The position numbers and the translations under genes were made by a program. Shown here in pieces: positions 26,830-39,136 of a stretch of DNA of 64,000 nt; within the stretch, counting starts at the first letter, position 1; every line of letters starts with the position of its first letter. Source of the DNA: Eledone cirrhosa (Eukaryota); contig OZ024741.1 in assembly GCA_964016885.1 (NCBI GenBank), forward strand, positions 48,732,001 through 48,796,000. Direction: 5' to 3'. The notes below the pieces were generated by a model. That model had not been told where the DNA came from, ran no database searches, and worked only from the letters and a program-made list of their open reading frames with translations.

Positions 26830-27328
26830 CAAAAAGCACTTGGGCCACATAGTAGGGTGGTTGTGCTGATGACACAACAAAAAGCACCCAGTCTACCTTA
26901 GCGGATAACAGTGCTGAGTGGAAAGCACAACAAAAAAACACCAAGTCGACCTTGTAATGGTGGTTGTGTTGGTGACATTACAAAAAGTACTCAGTCCAGA
27001 CTGTAAGGGTCCACCCTGTAATGATGGTTATGCTGGTGACACAACAAAAAGCACCCAGCCCACTCTGTAGGTGGTCATGTTGGTACCATAAGGAAAAAGC
27101 ACCCAATCCGTCCTGTCAGATGCTCATTTTGGTGCCACCATAAAAAACATCCAGTTCAGGCTGTAATGAGGTCAACTTTAGGAAGGGCATCCTGCAGTAG
27201 TATCTAATTTAGAAACAGTTTTGTATAAACCAACTATAGTCACCTGACCTGACTTATCTCAAAGCATGACGACCCATCAGACCCATGCAAACATGGACAA
27301 TAGACGTTAAATGGTGATGATGACAATG
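26830..27328 (+). mobile_element. Non-autonomous RTE-tailed element with an internal array of ~45-bp units
   Basis: About 8 units GTGYTGRTGACAC.ACAAAAAGCACCCAGTCC.C.CTGTAA followed by AGGAAGGGCATCC...GACGTTAAATGGTGATGA. Confidence 0.7.
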
Positions 27329-27330
27329 AT

Positions 27331-27571
27331 ATATATATATATAAAAGAGGCAGAATTTTGCTGGTGAACTCTTCCAATTTAACTTGTTTCCATACCCACT
27401 CTACATTTCATCATACATCAAGTACTACTTTGCTTTATGGTCTTTATGGTCTTAGCACCACCTACAGCCCAACAGAACTAATTTTTTAGTTACACCAACA
27501 CTGCCTTAAATATACTCTTTTACCTGCCCCATCCATCCGGCTGAGGCCATGTGGGGGCACCGATATGCTTG
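27331..27571 (+). mobile_element. Possible non-autonomous Helitron
   Basis: TATATATAAAAG start; 3' GCCCC..GGGGC hairpin followed by CTTG|T. Confidence 0.4.
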
Positions 27572-27603
27572 TATTTTTTTTACTAAATCTACTAATTAAC
27601 TAA

Positions 27604-28013
27604 TCTATATATATAAAAGCAAGTCGGTCTGTGTGTGTGTGTCTGTCTGTGTACAAATACTAGGCTCCTTTTAACTTTTGAAGTACTAGGCCGATTTCAA
27701 CCAAATTTGGCACACATGTTGCTTATATGCCAGAGCAGGTTTTGGACAAAAACAAATTCGAAAAAGAAAATCGATATTGGGGCCGAAAAATCGATTTTGT
27801 GTGTGTATCTGTCTGTGTACAAATACTAGGCTCCTTTTAACTTTTGAAGTACTAGGCCGATTTGGCACGTGCTATTGAGGCGACCTCTCCTTGGCTAGCC
27901 AATTAGCTGACATAAGCTGACATGCACTCAGAAATTGCTAACTAAGCCATAAACGACCTTGAACAATTCAGGCTGTCATTCATTTCCCGAGCAACGCCGG
28001 GTACATCTGCTAG
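27604..28013 (+). mobile_element. Non-autonomous Helitron
   Basis: A|TC 5' end, (GT)n/GTCT tract, 3' hairpin CCCGAGCAACGCCGGG, CTAG|T end; internal direct duplication. Confidence 0.85.
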
Positions 28014-28380
28014 TTAATTATATTAACAGACCACTCTCACCCATGCACCCACCTACATGCATACATAGACACACCAACATGACCATAGACAAATATACAC
28101 ATTTAATTTTACTAATGCTACTATTCCAGACCTGGATTATATTACACATGGATACATACAGTCATACAAGCTTAAGCACACATGCATAATCAAACTCACA
28201 TACACAGACTAATAACTGGATAAACTCACCTAAACACACAAATGTGTATACACATGCATATATAAAAACACATAAAGAATTCACAGACACACATGTGTAT
28301 ACACACAAAAATACATTAAAAATTCAAAGATGCACACACTTCCATCAATGATACACAAATAATTCAAACACACAGAAGAA

Positions 28381-28562
28381 ATAATAATTTCTACTTTAGG
28401 CACAAGGCCAGCAATTTGGGGAGAGGGGAAAGTCAATTAAATCGACCCAGTGCATTACTGGTGCTTTATTTTATCGATCCCGTAAGGATGAAAGGCAAAG
28501 CTAACCTCGGTATGATTTGAACTCAGAAAGTAAAGGGCCATAACTCAATGCCGCAAAGCATA
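28381..28562 (-). mobile_element. tRNA-derived SINE (family A), 5' truncated
   Basis: Family body and tail in reverse orientation. Confidence 0.85.
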
Positions 28563-28874
28563 AGGTTTTGTGTAGGACAGGACAAAGGAGAGACAAAATA
28601 ACAAATCAGTCACTGAGGAGGTCATAAAATGTGTGACGGAAGGGCTTTGACAATATATAAACAACCATCCAGTTATTGAACTAAGCAACCGGAAATTTAT
28701 AATAAATTGAAGTGAAAATCAAAAGGTGCGTGTGTTTTTATTGGCGGCATGATGCTCCCAAAATATAACAATATCTGTTTCAACACGTTTTCAGATAATC
28801 TTGCAAAACAAATTCAAATGCGAAGTATATAAAGTACACACACACACATCAAATACTTCGAATTGTAACACATG

Positions 28875-28932
<58 letters not shown>

Positions 28933-28937
<5 letters not shown>

Positions 28938-29119
28938 AACCAGTAAGACCCCGACAGCTGAGCTCAAGCCGTTTCGACGGCTAATTCTGAATTAGCCGTC
29001 GAAACGGCTTGAGCTCAGCTGTCGGGGTCTTACTGGTTCCTATTACCCACTCTACTACCTCAAGTATTGAGTACTTTGGTGCGTTATGGTCCACCTGGTT
29101 CCTTACCACATTTCCTTCG

Positions 29120-29121
<2 letters not shown>
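28933..29121. mobile_element. Short fold-back insert in (TA)n (perfect palindrome about 28933-29043 plus a ~80-nt unpaired tail); probable PLE 3' end
   Basis: TAGGAACCAG...CTAATTC T GAATTAG...CTGGTTCCTA; homologous to 29823-29983. Confidence 0.75.
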
Positions 29122-29166
<45 letters not shown>

Positions 29167-29293
29167 AAGTTATATTTAAAATTGTTGGGTTACAACTAGT
29201 AAATATTTATAACTGATATAAAAGCACTCGACAAATGAGTGAACCTCTTCAAATGAAGTTGATGTTTATTACGATATGTCGAATATATTTATC

Positions 29294-29393
29294 TATAAAA
29301 CTGTTTATATTGTATTTTGTCTGATGAAGGCATAGCATATTGTTAATATGATATCCCCGAAATATATATAATGAAATAAATATGGTTTTATAA
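29294..29393 (+). ncRNA. Type I hammerhead ribozyme motif in a TA-flanked insert (29161-29420)
   Basis: TATTTTGT-CTGATGA(29321)-stem II-GAAA(29359)-TATATA-TA-ATGAAATA. Stem I extends TATAAAAC / GTTTTATA. Confidence 0.7.
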
Positions 29394-29610
29394 ATATAGT
29401 TTTCCATTTATTTAATATTGTATATATATATATATATATTCCATATCAGGTAGACGCGCGCCATCATCCACTTTTCTAAAAAGCAAATCATACACAAAAC
29501 GCCAGCACGTTTTGCAAGAGATGTCAACATGAATGGACCTGTTATTTTTATCTAAAAACATTTTTTCCAATTCCATCCCGCCCGTCCCCTCAATCTATTT
29601 TATTTGTCAT

Positions 29611-29652
29611 TCTTTCTTCTGATGAAAGACTAGCGTCCGAAACGTTAAGACT
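29611..29652 (+). ncRNA. Minimal Type I hammerhead ribozyme motif in a TA/CA-flanked insert (29441-29735)
   Basis: TCTT-CTGATGA(29619)-AAGAC TAGC GTCC-GAAACGT-T-AAGA; palindromic ACGT stem III as in PLE HHRs. Confidence 0.75.
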
Positions 29653-29731
29653 CTCTTCCTGGTATATCAAGCGTTAACCTAATATATACCTTCCATATAC
29701 TGTACCGATTGTGTTGTTATTTCTGTTTACC

Positions 29732-29822
<91 letters not shown>

Positions 29823-29826
<4 letters not shown>

Positions 29827-29983
29827 AAAAAGTATGATCCCGACGGCAGAGTTCAGGCCGTTTCGACGACTTGACCTCTGCCGTCGGGGTCATACTTTTT
29901 CCTATTTCCCACTCTACTACGCTAAGTATTGAGTACTCTGGTGCGTTATCGTCCATCTGGTTCCTTACCACATTTCCTTTGTT
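29823..29983. mobile_element. Second short fold-back insert in (TA)n, diverged relative of 28933-29121
   Basis: TAGGAAAAAGTATGATCCCGACGGCAGAG / CTCTGCCGTCGGGGTCATACTTTTTCCTA plus the shared tail ..CTGGTTCCTTACCACATTTCCTT. Confidence 0.75.
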
Positions 29984-30041
29984 ATATATATATATATAAG
30001 AATCTTGCTAAACAAATTCAGAAACGAAATATATATATATA

Positions 30042-32563
30042 TCTATATATATAAAGGGAAGATGGACATTGTTTAGTGTACCGAACTTGCTTGCTACACC
30101 GTTCATCCAATTTTCATGAAACCTCACACATATATAAAACTCAACGCGTAGAGTGGAATAGGCTACTTGAAATTTTCGAAAAATCGATAATCGGGCCCTA
30201 TGACAGAATGTTTTTCGATTCCAATGAAATTTTATGTGAATTCGAACACAAGAACTCTTAGTTTACATCTGGCGCAATAAAAATAAATTTCATATGCCCA
30301 TATAAGGACGTGCGTTATTGATTGGACGGCCAGCTGCATGTCTTCTCAGCTGTCTCAGTAAACTACCGACCATTAAAGAGTTTATCTTTTCATATTCCAC
30401 CTTATTCAAGTGGAAATACAGTATTATCCCTATCTGAAAAGGGAACCAAATTTAATGGTGTCTTTTGTGAACCTAAAAGCTGTGAGTAAATTTTCAAACA
30501 GTCTTAAATAATCATGCTTTTTTTAAAAAAAATTACTAAATAATACGTTGAACAAGTTGTGTTGTACACATACAATACAAGTAAAAAAATTTACGTCGTA
30601 CCAATGTTTTCCTTTTTTAAACAAAAGATTCTAAAAAATTACTTAATTTATAATACAGTCTTTTGCACAGGAAGTGAGTAACTTTTCGGGTGTTTAAACG
30701 TAAGTTCACCAGGGTTTGTGTCTTCATTATTAGCCCACCTCTAATGGCATTTTTTGTTCTGCTTACGACTAAATGTTATGAGCGTATTTGCAATTAATTG
30801 CGCACACGTGCACACCTGCATGCAGATAGACACTGACAGCCAATAAAAAATCCATAACTTGCTTATTAAGATATCGATCAAAAAGAGAGATTGAATGTAC
30901 TTTAGAACATTTTTTGAATATATTGTTCTTTTTGGCATGATATGTCAGAAATATAGCTACTATACACTTTGGTTATTTTTTGTAACTAAAAAACGGTTCC
31001 TTTTGGGTGGATACTTAGCGAGAAAAATCCTAGGGTTTTGGACAAGTTTGTTTCAGGCGCTGTATAGACGCCTATTTTGTCACACCTTGGTCATGAATTC
31101 GTATTCTTTTCCAATAGATATTTTCCGCTCTATAAGGCTCACCAGGATATAAGGCGTATCATTTAAAATCAGGTCCGCGCAACGGCATGTAAGGCCAACC
31201 AGAAAATGCTATCTTCTTTACTTTTAGTTTAGATCTATTACTTCTGTTAGAGCCGTGATTGATTACCATTGTATTATTTATACATAAGGCTCACCGGAGT
31301 ATAAAGCGCAGAGCTGTTTTTTTTATTAAATTTAATTATTTTAAGTGCAATTTATAGACGGGAAAATTCGGTAAGTTATTGTAATCATATTTCCAAACCT
31401 TCCCATTCACCAGTAACCATGCTAACGAATCTGGTGTCATCTCTCTCTGTATTTAATCACCTCTCTCTAACCTAACAGCTTCGTTACACGTCGTTATGCC
31501 CACACGGAAACGTTCAAGACTTACCTCCAAAAAAGGTACAGTTATTGCTTTGAGACAACGAATTAGGCGTTCTCAGGTATGAGTTCATTCACAATTGATT
31601 AATCCTTTATGCAATATTCTCCCTTAATGTTAGCAAGTACTGCGTTTATCCTAACTGTCACCACTTTTAAGCAACTACAACATTCTAATCGTAGTTATAT
31701 TAAATTTATTGTCTTACCTTGATTCCCTTTTGTTCATGTTAGACTTTTCTCATTTACTATTGACACTGCCATTGGCTTAGCTAACCAGTAGAATTAATTA
31801 ATTTTCTCTAGGAAACACCTGCTGAGCGCGAATCTCGACTCACTGATAGACGTCTTTCCCGGCTGGTTGAGTCACCAACATCACGTACGACAAGGCTTGC
31901 TGATGTTCGCCTTCGTCGGTCGCCAACAAGCGCTGACGGAGGAATCACCAACATTCCGTCAGACGAGGCTTGAGGCTGTGGCAAAGGGCAATAACCCTAG
32001 ATACAATTTTGATCAACTTTTTTTCACCTATAGCAAATTTACCGGGACAGGTTTTTAGCTACTCAAATCTACTTCAGAGATCACGCATTGATGTAAAAAA
32101 TCAATAAAACTGAAGCGGGGCTCGACTTTGCGCAAAAAAACAAGGCAAACTTACACATGGGAAAACTTTTTACAGGAACGTCCTATATTCTTGAAAACTG
32201 TCACAAAAGACTCGCCATTATGCCGCGGTTAAGATAAAGGCCCTTTTAATTCTTCTTCTGCACATGTGAGCGCAAAAATTGTAAAAAAAAAAAACCCTGA
32301 AAGTAATCGACATTTTCACCCTGCTTTAAATTAACTGAACATTCAATATCAAGCGATTTTGACTTCCGTCAGTCGTGCAGAGAACAATTTCAACGATACA
32401 CTGTGTAACTACAATTAATAAATTACACACCTGTGTCTACTAACCTATTTTTTTCCATTGAAGTTCGAAGTTTTGAACCTGTGATGCGCGGGAAGTAACT
32501 TTCACACATTCTAACAGACCAAAGGTCGACTTACACCCGGGCAACGCCGGGTACTTCTGCTAG
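30042..32563 (+). mobile_element. 2.5-kb non-autonomous Helitron
   Basis: A|TCTATATATATAAAG start; CCCGGGCAACGCCGGG hairpin followed by CTAG|T. Confidence 0.75.
31115..31373. mobile_element. Tc2/pogo-like MITE nested in the Helitron
   Basis: TTTTCCGCTCTATAAGGCTCACC ... TTTATAGACGGGAAAATTCGGTA termini; internal repeat TAAGGCTCACC. Confidence 0.6.
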
Positions 32564-32573
32564 TATATACATA

Positions 32574-32955
32574 TAATAAACAAAGACAGTTACATTAGTC
32601 CATCCCTAATTATTTTATTATACGTATTTCGAAGATGTATAGATATGTATAACACAAGTCAAAACATGTTCTCTTCAGATTTTAAAAGTATTTAAAATGA
32701 TATTAACAAGAATGATGATATTGTATTGTTTGTACTGAAGTTGGTATTGTGTGTTGACAGAGGTCACCAATATAGAAGTATATAAAATGATAATAACGAG
32801 AATATGTAACAATAATGTATTTGTTTGTACTTGGAAAGGTATGGTTTGTTATATCAATACATGTAAGGTGAATTGAGGTTCGGCTGTAAGTCTCAGGTTC
32901 TATTGTTCTTTGGAAAGAATATTTCCATATCACATTTAAAGGCAATGGCTGTGGT
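32574..32955 (-). mobile_element. PLE-like 3' end with HHR motif (32610-32690)
   Basis: Reverse complement CTGAAGA-GAACATG...CATCTTC-GAAA-TACGTA-TA-ATAAAAT; inverted copy at 39627-39727. Confidence 0.65.
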
Positions 32956-33254
32956 AAATAATAATAATAATAATGATATCATTTATTAGCCACCAGGGCC
33001 GACATGTAGGGGACAATACAAAGACAGGGACAGTGGGGTTTACAATAAGGTGGAGTAAAAGTGCACAATGGCAAGACTAATTTAACAATGAAAATATAAA
33101 AATATAAAATAAACTATGCATAAATATAACAAAATAAATTCCCCGATAGGGGGTGTACGACCCTGGGGTGCTTCAGGTACCCCACCAATCCTGAACCACC
33201 CTGCGCTTCTGGGGCACCCAGGGAGAGCACCCCTCTCCTCAAGTTAGCCAGCCT

Positions 33255-36200
33255 ATAGGCGCATGGTCAGAGTAGGCCCATTCACACGAGCCATTCTCGC
33301 CACATTCACCCACCTTTTAGCAAATGTACTGGGGGGCAGCACTTCTCTCTCCACCCTCACCTTCCTTTCCAGGTGAAACTTGAAGAAGTTGATGAGGGAT
33401 TGGCCGAAGAGAAAAGTGTCTGTCTTTAGTCCTTTTAACCTGGTCCACCATATAATCTATTTCGCAACTGCCACCAGACAGAGGAAAATTTCCTGCTCTT
33501 CCTGACCTAAGGAAGGCGGTGGATCGATCTTCACTATGGACTCGGCCGATAGCCGGATTCGTTCCACACGCGACAGTAGCTGTTCGACATAACTCCACAA
33601 GTCAGTAATGCACGGACATTGGACAAGTGCGTGCAGAACTGTTTCGTCGTTCTGTGCGCATCTTGGGCAGGTCCGTCTGACAGCACTTCCGTGCCTGTAG
33701 AGTTTATCCCGAACCGGCAGTGCCCCCCGGTAGCACTTCCAAGCGAGGGATTTCTGGAAATTGTCCATAGTCCCCGGCTCAAAAGTCCTCCGGTACAGAC
33801 TGGTCAGTTCGACTTCGTCGAGGCCCAAAGCTTCTCCGAGTGCGTCATCGCACTTGCCCACCACTAATCCTCTATAGAACTCGAGAGTGGAAGTTCCACT
33901 GATCGCATTGCCCGCTTGGTAGAGGGCAGTGAGTGCCTGGCAACATTCCAGGTGCCAGTCACCCAGTCTCGGTCTCTTCTTGACCCAGGACTGCAGCTCA
34001 GTCAAAGAAATGAGCTGCAGAAAGGCCCGTCTGATAAACGGCGACCACACCTGTTCACCGTTGAGGCAGAATATCTGGAGATGTCGCAGCCTCAACGCAT
34101 GTCTGCGCACCATTAGCCACGGCATGCCCAGCCCTCCGCGTAGAGGTTGCTGGCAGCAGATGGACCGCTTCACCAACGGAACTTGTCCCCTCCACAAGAA
34201 TTTGAAGAGGAGCCGTTCCAGCTTGACGAGGCGCGGACGGGGGCAAGGCACGACGGTCAGGCGGTAGTAGATGACGGACGCGATGTACGCATTCGCCACA
34301 TCCGCGCGACCTTTCAGTGATAGCTTCCTCCCAGCCCATTTTTGGGTGAGACTGGCTACTCTGCTCGGTACCTCGTCCCAATTCTTTTCCACCTGGAGGT
34401 CTGGTCCGAACCAAACCCCGAGCAACTTTACCGGTCCGTCCGTCCAGCGCCCCACGACGCTGTTGGACGGCATGGGCTTGCCTCTCCAGGTTCCGAGCTG
34501 CAAGCCCACCGACTTTTCCGGGTTAAGTTTAGCTCCTGTCAACCTTTCATATTCCTTCAATAAGGTGCCGACCACCTCGATTTCTGAGGTGTTCGCCACC
34601 ATCACGGTGATGTCGTCCGCATAAGCCGACACCGCCTTTCCACGTCCCGGTTCGAGCGGGATGCCCTGCAACAGCTCCAGCTTCCACAGTAAAGGCTCGA
34701 GAGTCAATACGTACAGAAGGGAAGAGAGAGGGCACCCTTGACGGACCGATCGTGAGAGCCGAAATGGTTACGAGAGGTGGCCATTAACCTTGACCACCGA
34801 GCATGTGTCGCTGTGCATTGCAACGATCCAGCTTCTAAAGACAGGGCCGAAGCCAGCTGCTTTGAGGACAAACTCCAGATACCGATGGTCGACCCTATCG
34901 AATGCTTTCGATTGATCTAAATTGATCAGTGCCCCACCGAAGCCAGGTTTACACCCTACCCTCTCTATGATGTATCGCATGAGGTGGAGATTGTCGTGTA
35001 TGGACCTGGCTGGGATTGCGCAAGTTTGCGCCTCCCCAACCAAATCCTCCACGACAAGCGCCAATCTCTTTGCTAACACCTTGGCCAAAATCTTAAACTC
35101 TGTGTTGAGCAGAGTTATGGGCCTGAAGTTGTCTAATGTATCCCTCTTGTTCTCGTCTTTCCTTATCAGCGTCACCACTCTCCTGCTCACAGAACTGGGA
35201 ATACTCCCATTCTGCTGCCAGTTGCAGTAGAGTGCTTCGAGGAGTTCGGAGAACAAGTCTGGCATATTTACGTAAAGCTCGTAGGGCAGGCCATCCAAAC
35301 CGGGTGACTTGCGCCTCATGCAGCCGACAGGGGCGTCCTGAATTTCGGCTGAAGTAATCGGCCTTTCGCAGCGCTCAGCGCCGACCGTCGAGATGCACGG
35401 CAAGCCGTCAAGGTAGGGACTGAAATCTGCTACTCTCTCTGACTCGCCACTCTCTCTGAACAACCAAGCAAAGTGCTGGCGAAAGGCCTCACACATCCGC
35501 TTGGAATCGCTTATCTCGTGTCCGTCTCGGTCCGCCAACGACCGAATTGTGGTTTTATTACCACGCTGCGCCTCCGCCACGCGGGCCCATCGAACAGCTT
35601 TAGTTCCCTCGTTTCTCAGCGCACGCGCCTTAGCTCTGACAATGCAACCTTCGTATTTGGCATTGAAGAAATGGTCTAATGCCATTCTCGCCGCTAGCAC
35701 CTCAGTTGCGATGCCACTACAAATAGCCTCGTCTAACTTATCTACCAGCTCCCCCTCCTTTCTATTTTTCTCTAACGCTAGTTCTTTGCTGAACTCTATC
35801 GAAGTTACTCTAATCTCTCTTTTGAGAGCCCTCCACCATCTGTTGTTGATGATCCCCCTGTCAACTTTTGCTTAACTAAATTGTTGACTCGGTCCCTGTA
35901 AGCCTTACGTGCCGGAAATGACATGTTCAGCTTCCAGTAACCCGGTCCTAACCTACGCGTTTTATTTAGGTCGACCGTACAGATCACAAATTTGTGATCT
36001 GAATAGGCGACCGTTTTAAAAAGTGGACAGCCCACACTATTTCTATCTATTTTCCTAATGAAGATCCTGTCTATATACGATCTAGATGACCCCATTCGGT
36101 TGGTCCATGTCCATACTGGCACATTGGGGAAATCTAGTCGATACCTGTCAGACAGTTGGAACTGGCTGAGTAGGTGCTTGAGGCTTTTTCACCCCCCGCT

Positions 36201-36674
36201 CCTATCGGCTACTCCCACACAATCCCAGCGTGCGTCTAAGATGCCATTCCAGTCCCCCGCTAACAGTAAAGGGCGAGACGTACCCAGAAAGGTCTCCAGG
36301 CGCCTAAAGAAGTCAGGTCGTCCAGCCCCTGTAGGGGCGTAGACGGCCAGCAGTCTAAAGGCACCACCTTCGTTACTGCTCACATCCAAGACCACCAACT
36401 TACCGTCCGGGTCCCGGAAGATCGACCTTACCTCGAGATCCAGTCCTTTCCTAAACAGCACTGCCACCCCACCCCCCATTCCCGGCCTGCTAACAGATGC
36501 GAAGATCTGATAGTCGTCGAAAATGGGGGCTAGTGCGCGCGTGTCGGAAATTATGGTCTCGTTTACGGCAATCACATCCATTTCCAGCGACCGGAGGTCG
36601 TTGAGCAGGCGACCCTGCTTCCAGGGTGACCCCAGGCCGCGAACATTTAAACTTCCTACTCTTAATATGGCCAT
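33255..36674 (-). pseudogene. Tx1-like ORF2 (APE, RT, CX2C..HX4C), frameshifted
   Basis: LNVRGL, AGDWN, SDH, GPGYWKLN, NFRPITLLN, SKAFDRV, AYADD, CPRC..HALVQCP. Confidence 0.95.
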
Positions 36675-36683
36675 ATTGGTAAG

Positions 36684-38392
36684 CTAAGAGAGAGAGAGGG
36701 AAGGTTTACTTACCTCCCGGGTCTTGTGAAGGTCGGGTGGTTCGACCTCCATGGTTGGTGGGGTTTCTTTTGGGAACCCCTTTAAAAGTCTTGATGTGGG
36801 TTTCACATTCGGGGTTCCCACGTCTTGAGGAAAGCTCTCTCGAATTTCTTTGAAGGAATTGAGTGACATTCGGACCAGAAGCAAATCTTCTGGCACGCAA
36901 AATGTGCTCATTTCAAAAATCTCTCCCTCTGTTTGAATGTCCTCGCTTCGCGCTAAGAGGGCCATCAGTTTATCGTTGGCCCTTCTGACAAGCACGAAGT
37001 TTTTAACATTTTGTTGGTGTGGTTTTATTTGTTTTCGTTTTGGTGAAGGTGGTGGCGATGGTTTTGGTGGTGTTGTTTCGGGTATGTCTATGTTTGTTGT
37101 AGGTGTGGTGTCTGCAATTTCAGGTATTTGTGTGTTTATTTGTACTTGTGTATGTTTAGGTTGTTTGCGTTTCGGGAATTGTGGAGGTGGTGTCGATGTT
37201 GCTGTTGGTGATGATGTTATTGGGGAAGTGTTTGCGTTAGTGGTGTCTGTATTTTTTGTTGTGTGTGTTTTTGTGTTTTGTTGGGGCTTTTTTTTTTTTT
37301 TGTGAGTTTTCTCTGTTTTTTTGCACTTTTGGGTTTTCCTTCATCTTCGCTGCTGGAAGACAAAGGGTCTGTGTCTGTGAGTGTCTCTGTGTCTGTGTGT
37401 GCGTTTATTGTTTTGTCTATGTGTATAATTGGGGGGGGGGGGAGTGGGAGAGATTTCCTCGTTTTCTCCTTGGATTGGTTTTGGTGTTGGTGGTGATCCG
37501 GCTGCTTTTGATGTTGGTGTTCGTGTTTTTGTTGATGTTGTTTTTGGTGGTGGTGGTGGTGGTGGTGCAGCTTTCCGTGCTGACACTGGCGTTGGCAACA
37601 AAGGAGGTTTGCGACCCCCTGCATTTTTGCGCTGAGGGCAGAAGGCTTGAAGATGCGTTGCTCCCCGCAGACGAATCAGCGTGGCCTTCTTCCGTCAATC
37701 ATTAGTTGGATTGTTGTCCCGTCCTGCAGGCGGGCAAAATCCGGGATGTTATTCATATCCTCCGGTTTCATTTGGAGAAGAATCTCCAAATCCATTCCGG
37801 ACCAGTCCTCTCTCTCTGTCCTTTTGATGTCCAGGAGGGTAGTGTCTGTCCCCTCCTCGATTACGCATCCCGGCAGCCACCATATGTTCATTCCTGGTGG
37901 GATGATGGGAATGCGTACCTTCACTGTCCTTTTACCCATATAGGATGGATGCATGATAATGCGTTCCGTTCTGCAGGGGATCACCGAGTGCTTAATAGCG
38001 AGGGCCTCGGTTTTGAACAGTACCGAGATGGTACCGAACTGTTTGCCTCTTGCTTTGTACTCTATGTTACTTCCGATGTACTCCAAAGCAGCCTCTACCT
38101 CTGCTTGGCTCGCAAGTTCCACTTTTCGTGTCTGCACCGAAATACATCGAAAGAACACTGTCCTCCTTTGCATGGCCGCTATTGCCTCGTCCGGGATGGT
38201 CAGGTTTGCCCAGGACTTCTCCCGTTTAATTAGCCTCCACGCTTTGGCCAACTGTTCGTCTTTATCGCTAATATCAATATCAATATTCAATAAGCGCTTT
38301 GTTTTTGCTGCTGCTGCAGCAAATGTGGTGTTTGTGATGCTCTTGTTGTTGTTGTCATTCTTGCTGTTGTTATTAGGTGTTGCCACCGCCAT
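36684..38392 (-). pseudogene. Tx1-like ORF1, disrupted (zinc knuckle broken by a stop and a frameshift near 37660-37678)
   Basis: RGKQFGTISVLF, PSYMGKRTVKVRIP, IDGRRPR*FVCGE / HLQAFCP. Confidence 0.8.
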
Positions 38393-38579
38393 CCTTGTTT
38401 ATATTGAAGCTGTCGGTGTTATTGTCGTTATTGCTCTGAGTTGTTGTTGTTGTGGTGGTGGTGGTGGTGGTGGTGGTGGCGGTGGTGGTGATGTCGTTTT
38501 CAGATGATACTGCTGCTATCGCAGAAGGTTGTGGTGGTAGCTTTTGAGTTTTGCCTTCACATTCAGTAGAGTGGATGAC

Positions 38580-38772
38580 AATAATAATAATAATAATTGT
38601 TTCTACTTTAGGCACAAGGCCAGCAATCATCCAGTGCATTACTGGTACTTTATTTTATCGACCCCGTAAGGATGAAAGGCAAAGTCAACCTCGGCGGGAT
38701 TTGAACTCAGATCATAAAGGGACGTAACTATGCTGGAAAGCATGGCGTCCGACCCTCTACCGATACTGCCAA
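38580..38772 (-). mobile_element. tRNA-derived SINE (family A); its (TTA)n tail hosts the second Tx1 element
   Basis: Full family A sequence in reverse orientation. Confidence 0.9.
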
Positions 38773-39136
38773 TAATAATAATGAAATATTGTGTACAGTG
38801 CTCGGGTGTACTACAACTCATCAAAAAGTGTATGTATAGTACATAGGGTAATGTACAAACATCAGGAAAATGAACAGTGCATGAGTCATGATACACACAT
38901 GTGTGCATGTGTATGGAAGGGGTACATCAGGTGTAGTTTTGGCGTATTTCGGGAAGCATGAGTGTCTTAAAGGATGCAGTGTCTCGGCAGCTAACAACTG
39001 ACGCAGGCAGTTTGTTCCATGCCTCAGCAACTCTGAGCGTGAAAAAATGTTTACAAAAGTCATGGGAGCTGTGCTGTTTTCTGATTTTGTAGGCATGTCC
39101 ACATGTGTTAGACACATGGAGATCAAATAGCATCAC
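38773..39136 (-). mobile_element. CR1-group LINE 3' fragment
   Basis: TCGHAYKIRKQ..KHFFTLRVAEAWNKLPASVV..FK is the CR1-type ORF2 C-terminus; (TTA)n tail. Confidence 0.8.

Larger units (their letters stand above)
32981..38579 (-). mobile_element. Second L1/Tx1-clade retrotransposon (different family, degenerate, probably 5' truncated)
   Basis: ORF1 and ORF2 homologous to the first element; shared 3' terminal motif TTTATTAGCCAC..GGGGACAA; (AAT)6 on both flanks. Confidence 0.93.

Noticed and set aside
18900-38510. Numerous antisense or alternate-frame ORFs overlapping the two LINEs
   Set aside because: Shadow ORFs of GC-rich or low-complexity LINE coding sequence.
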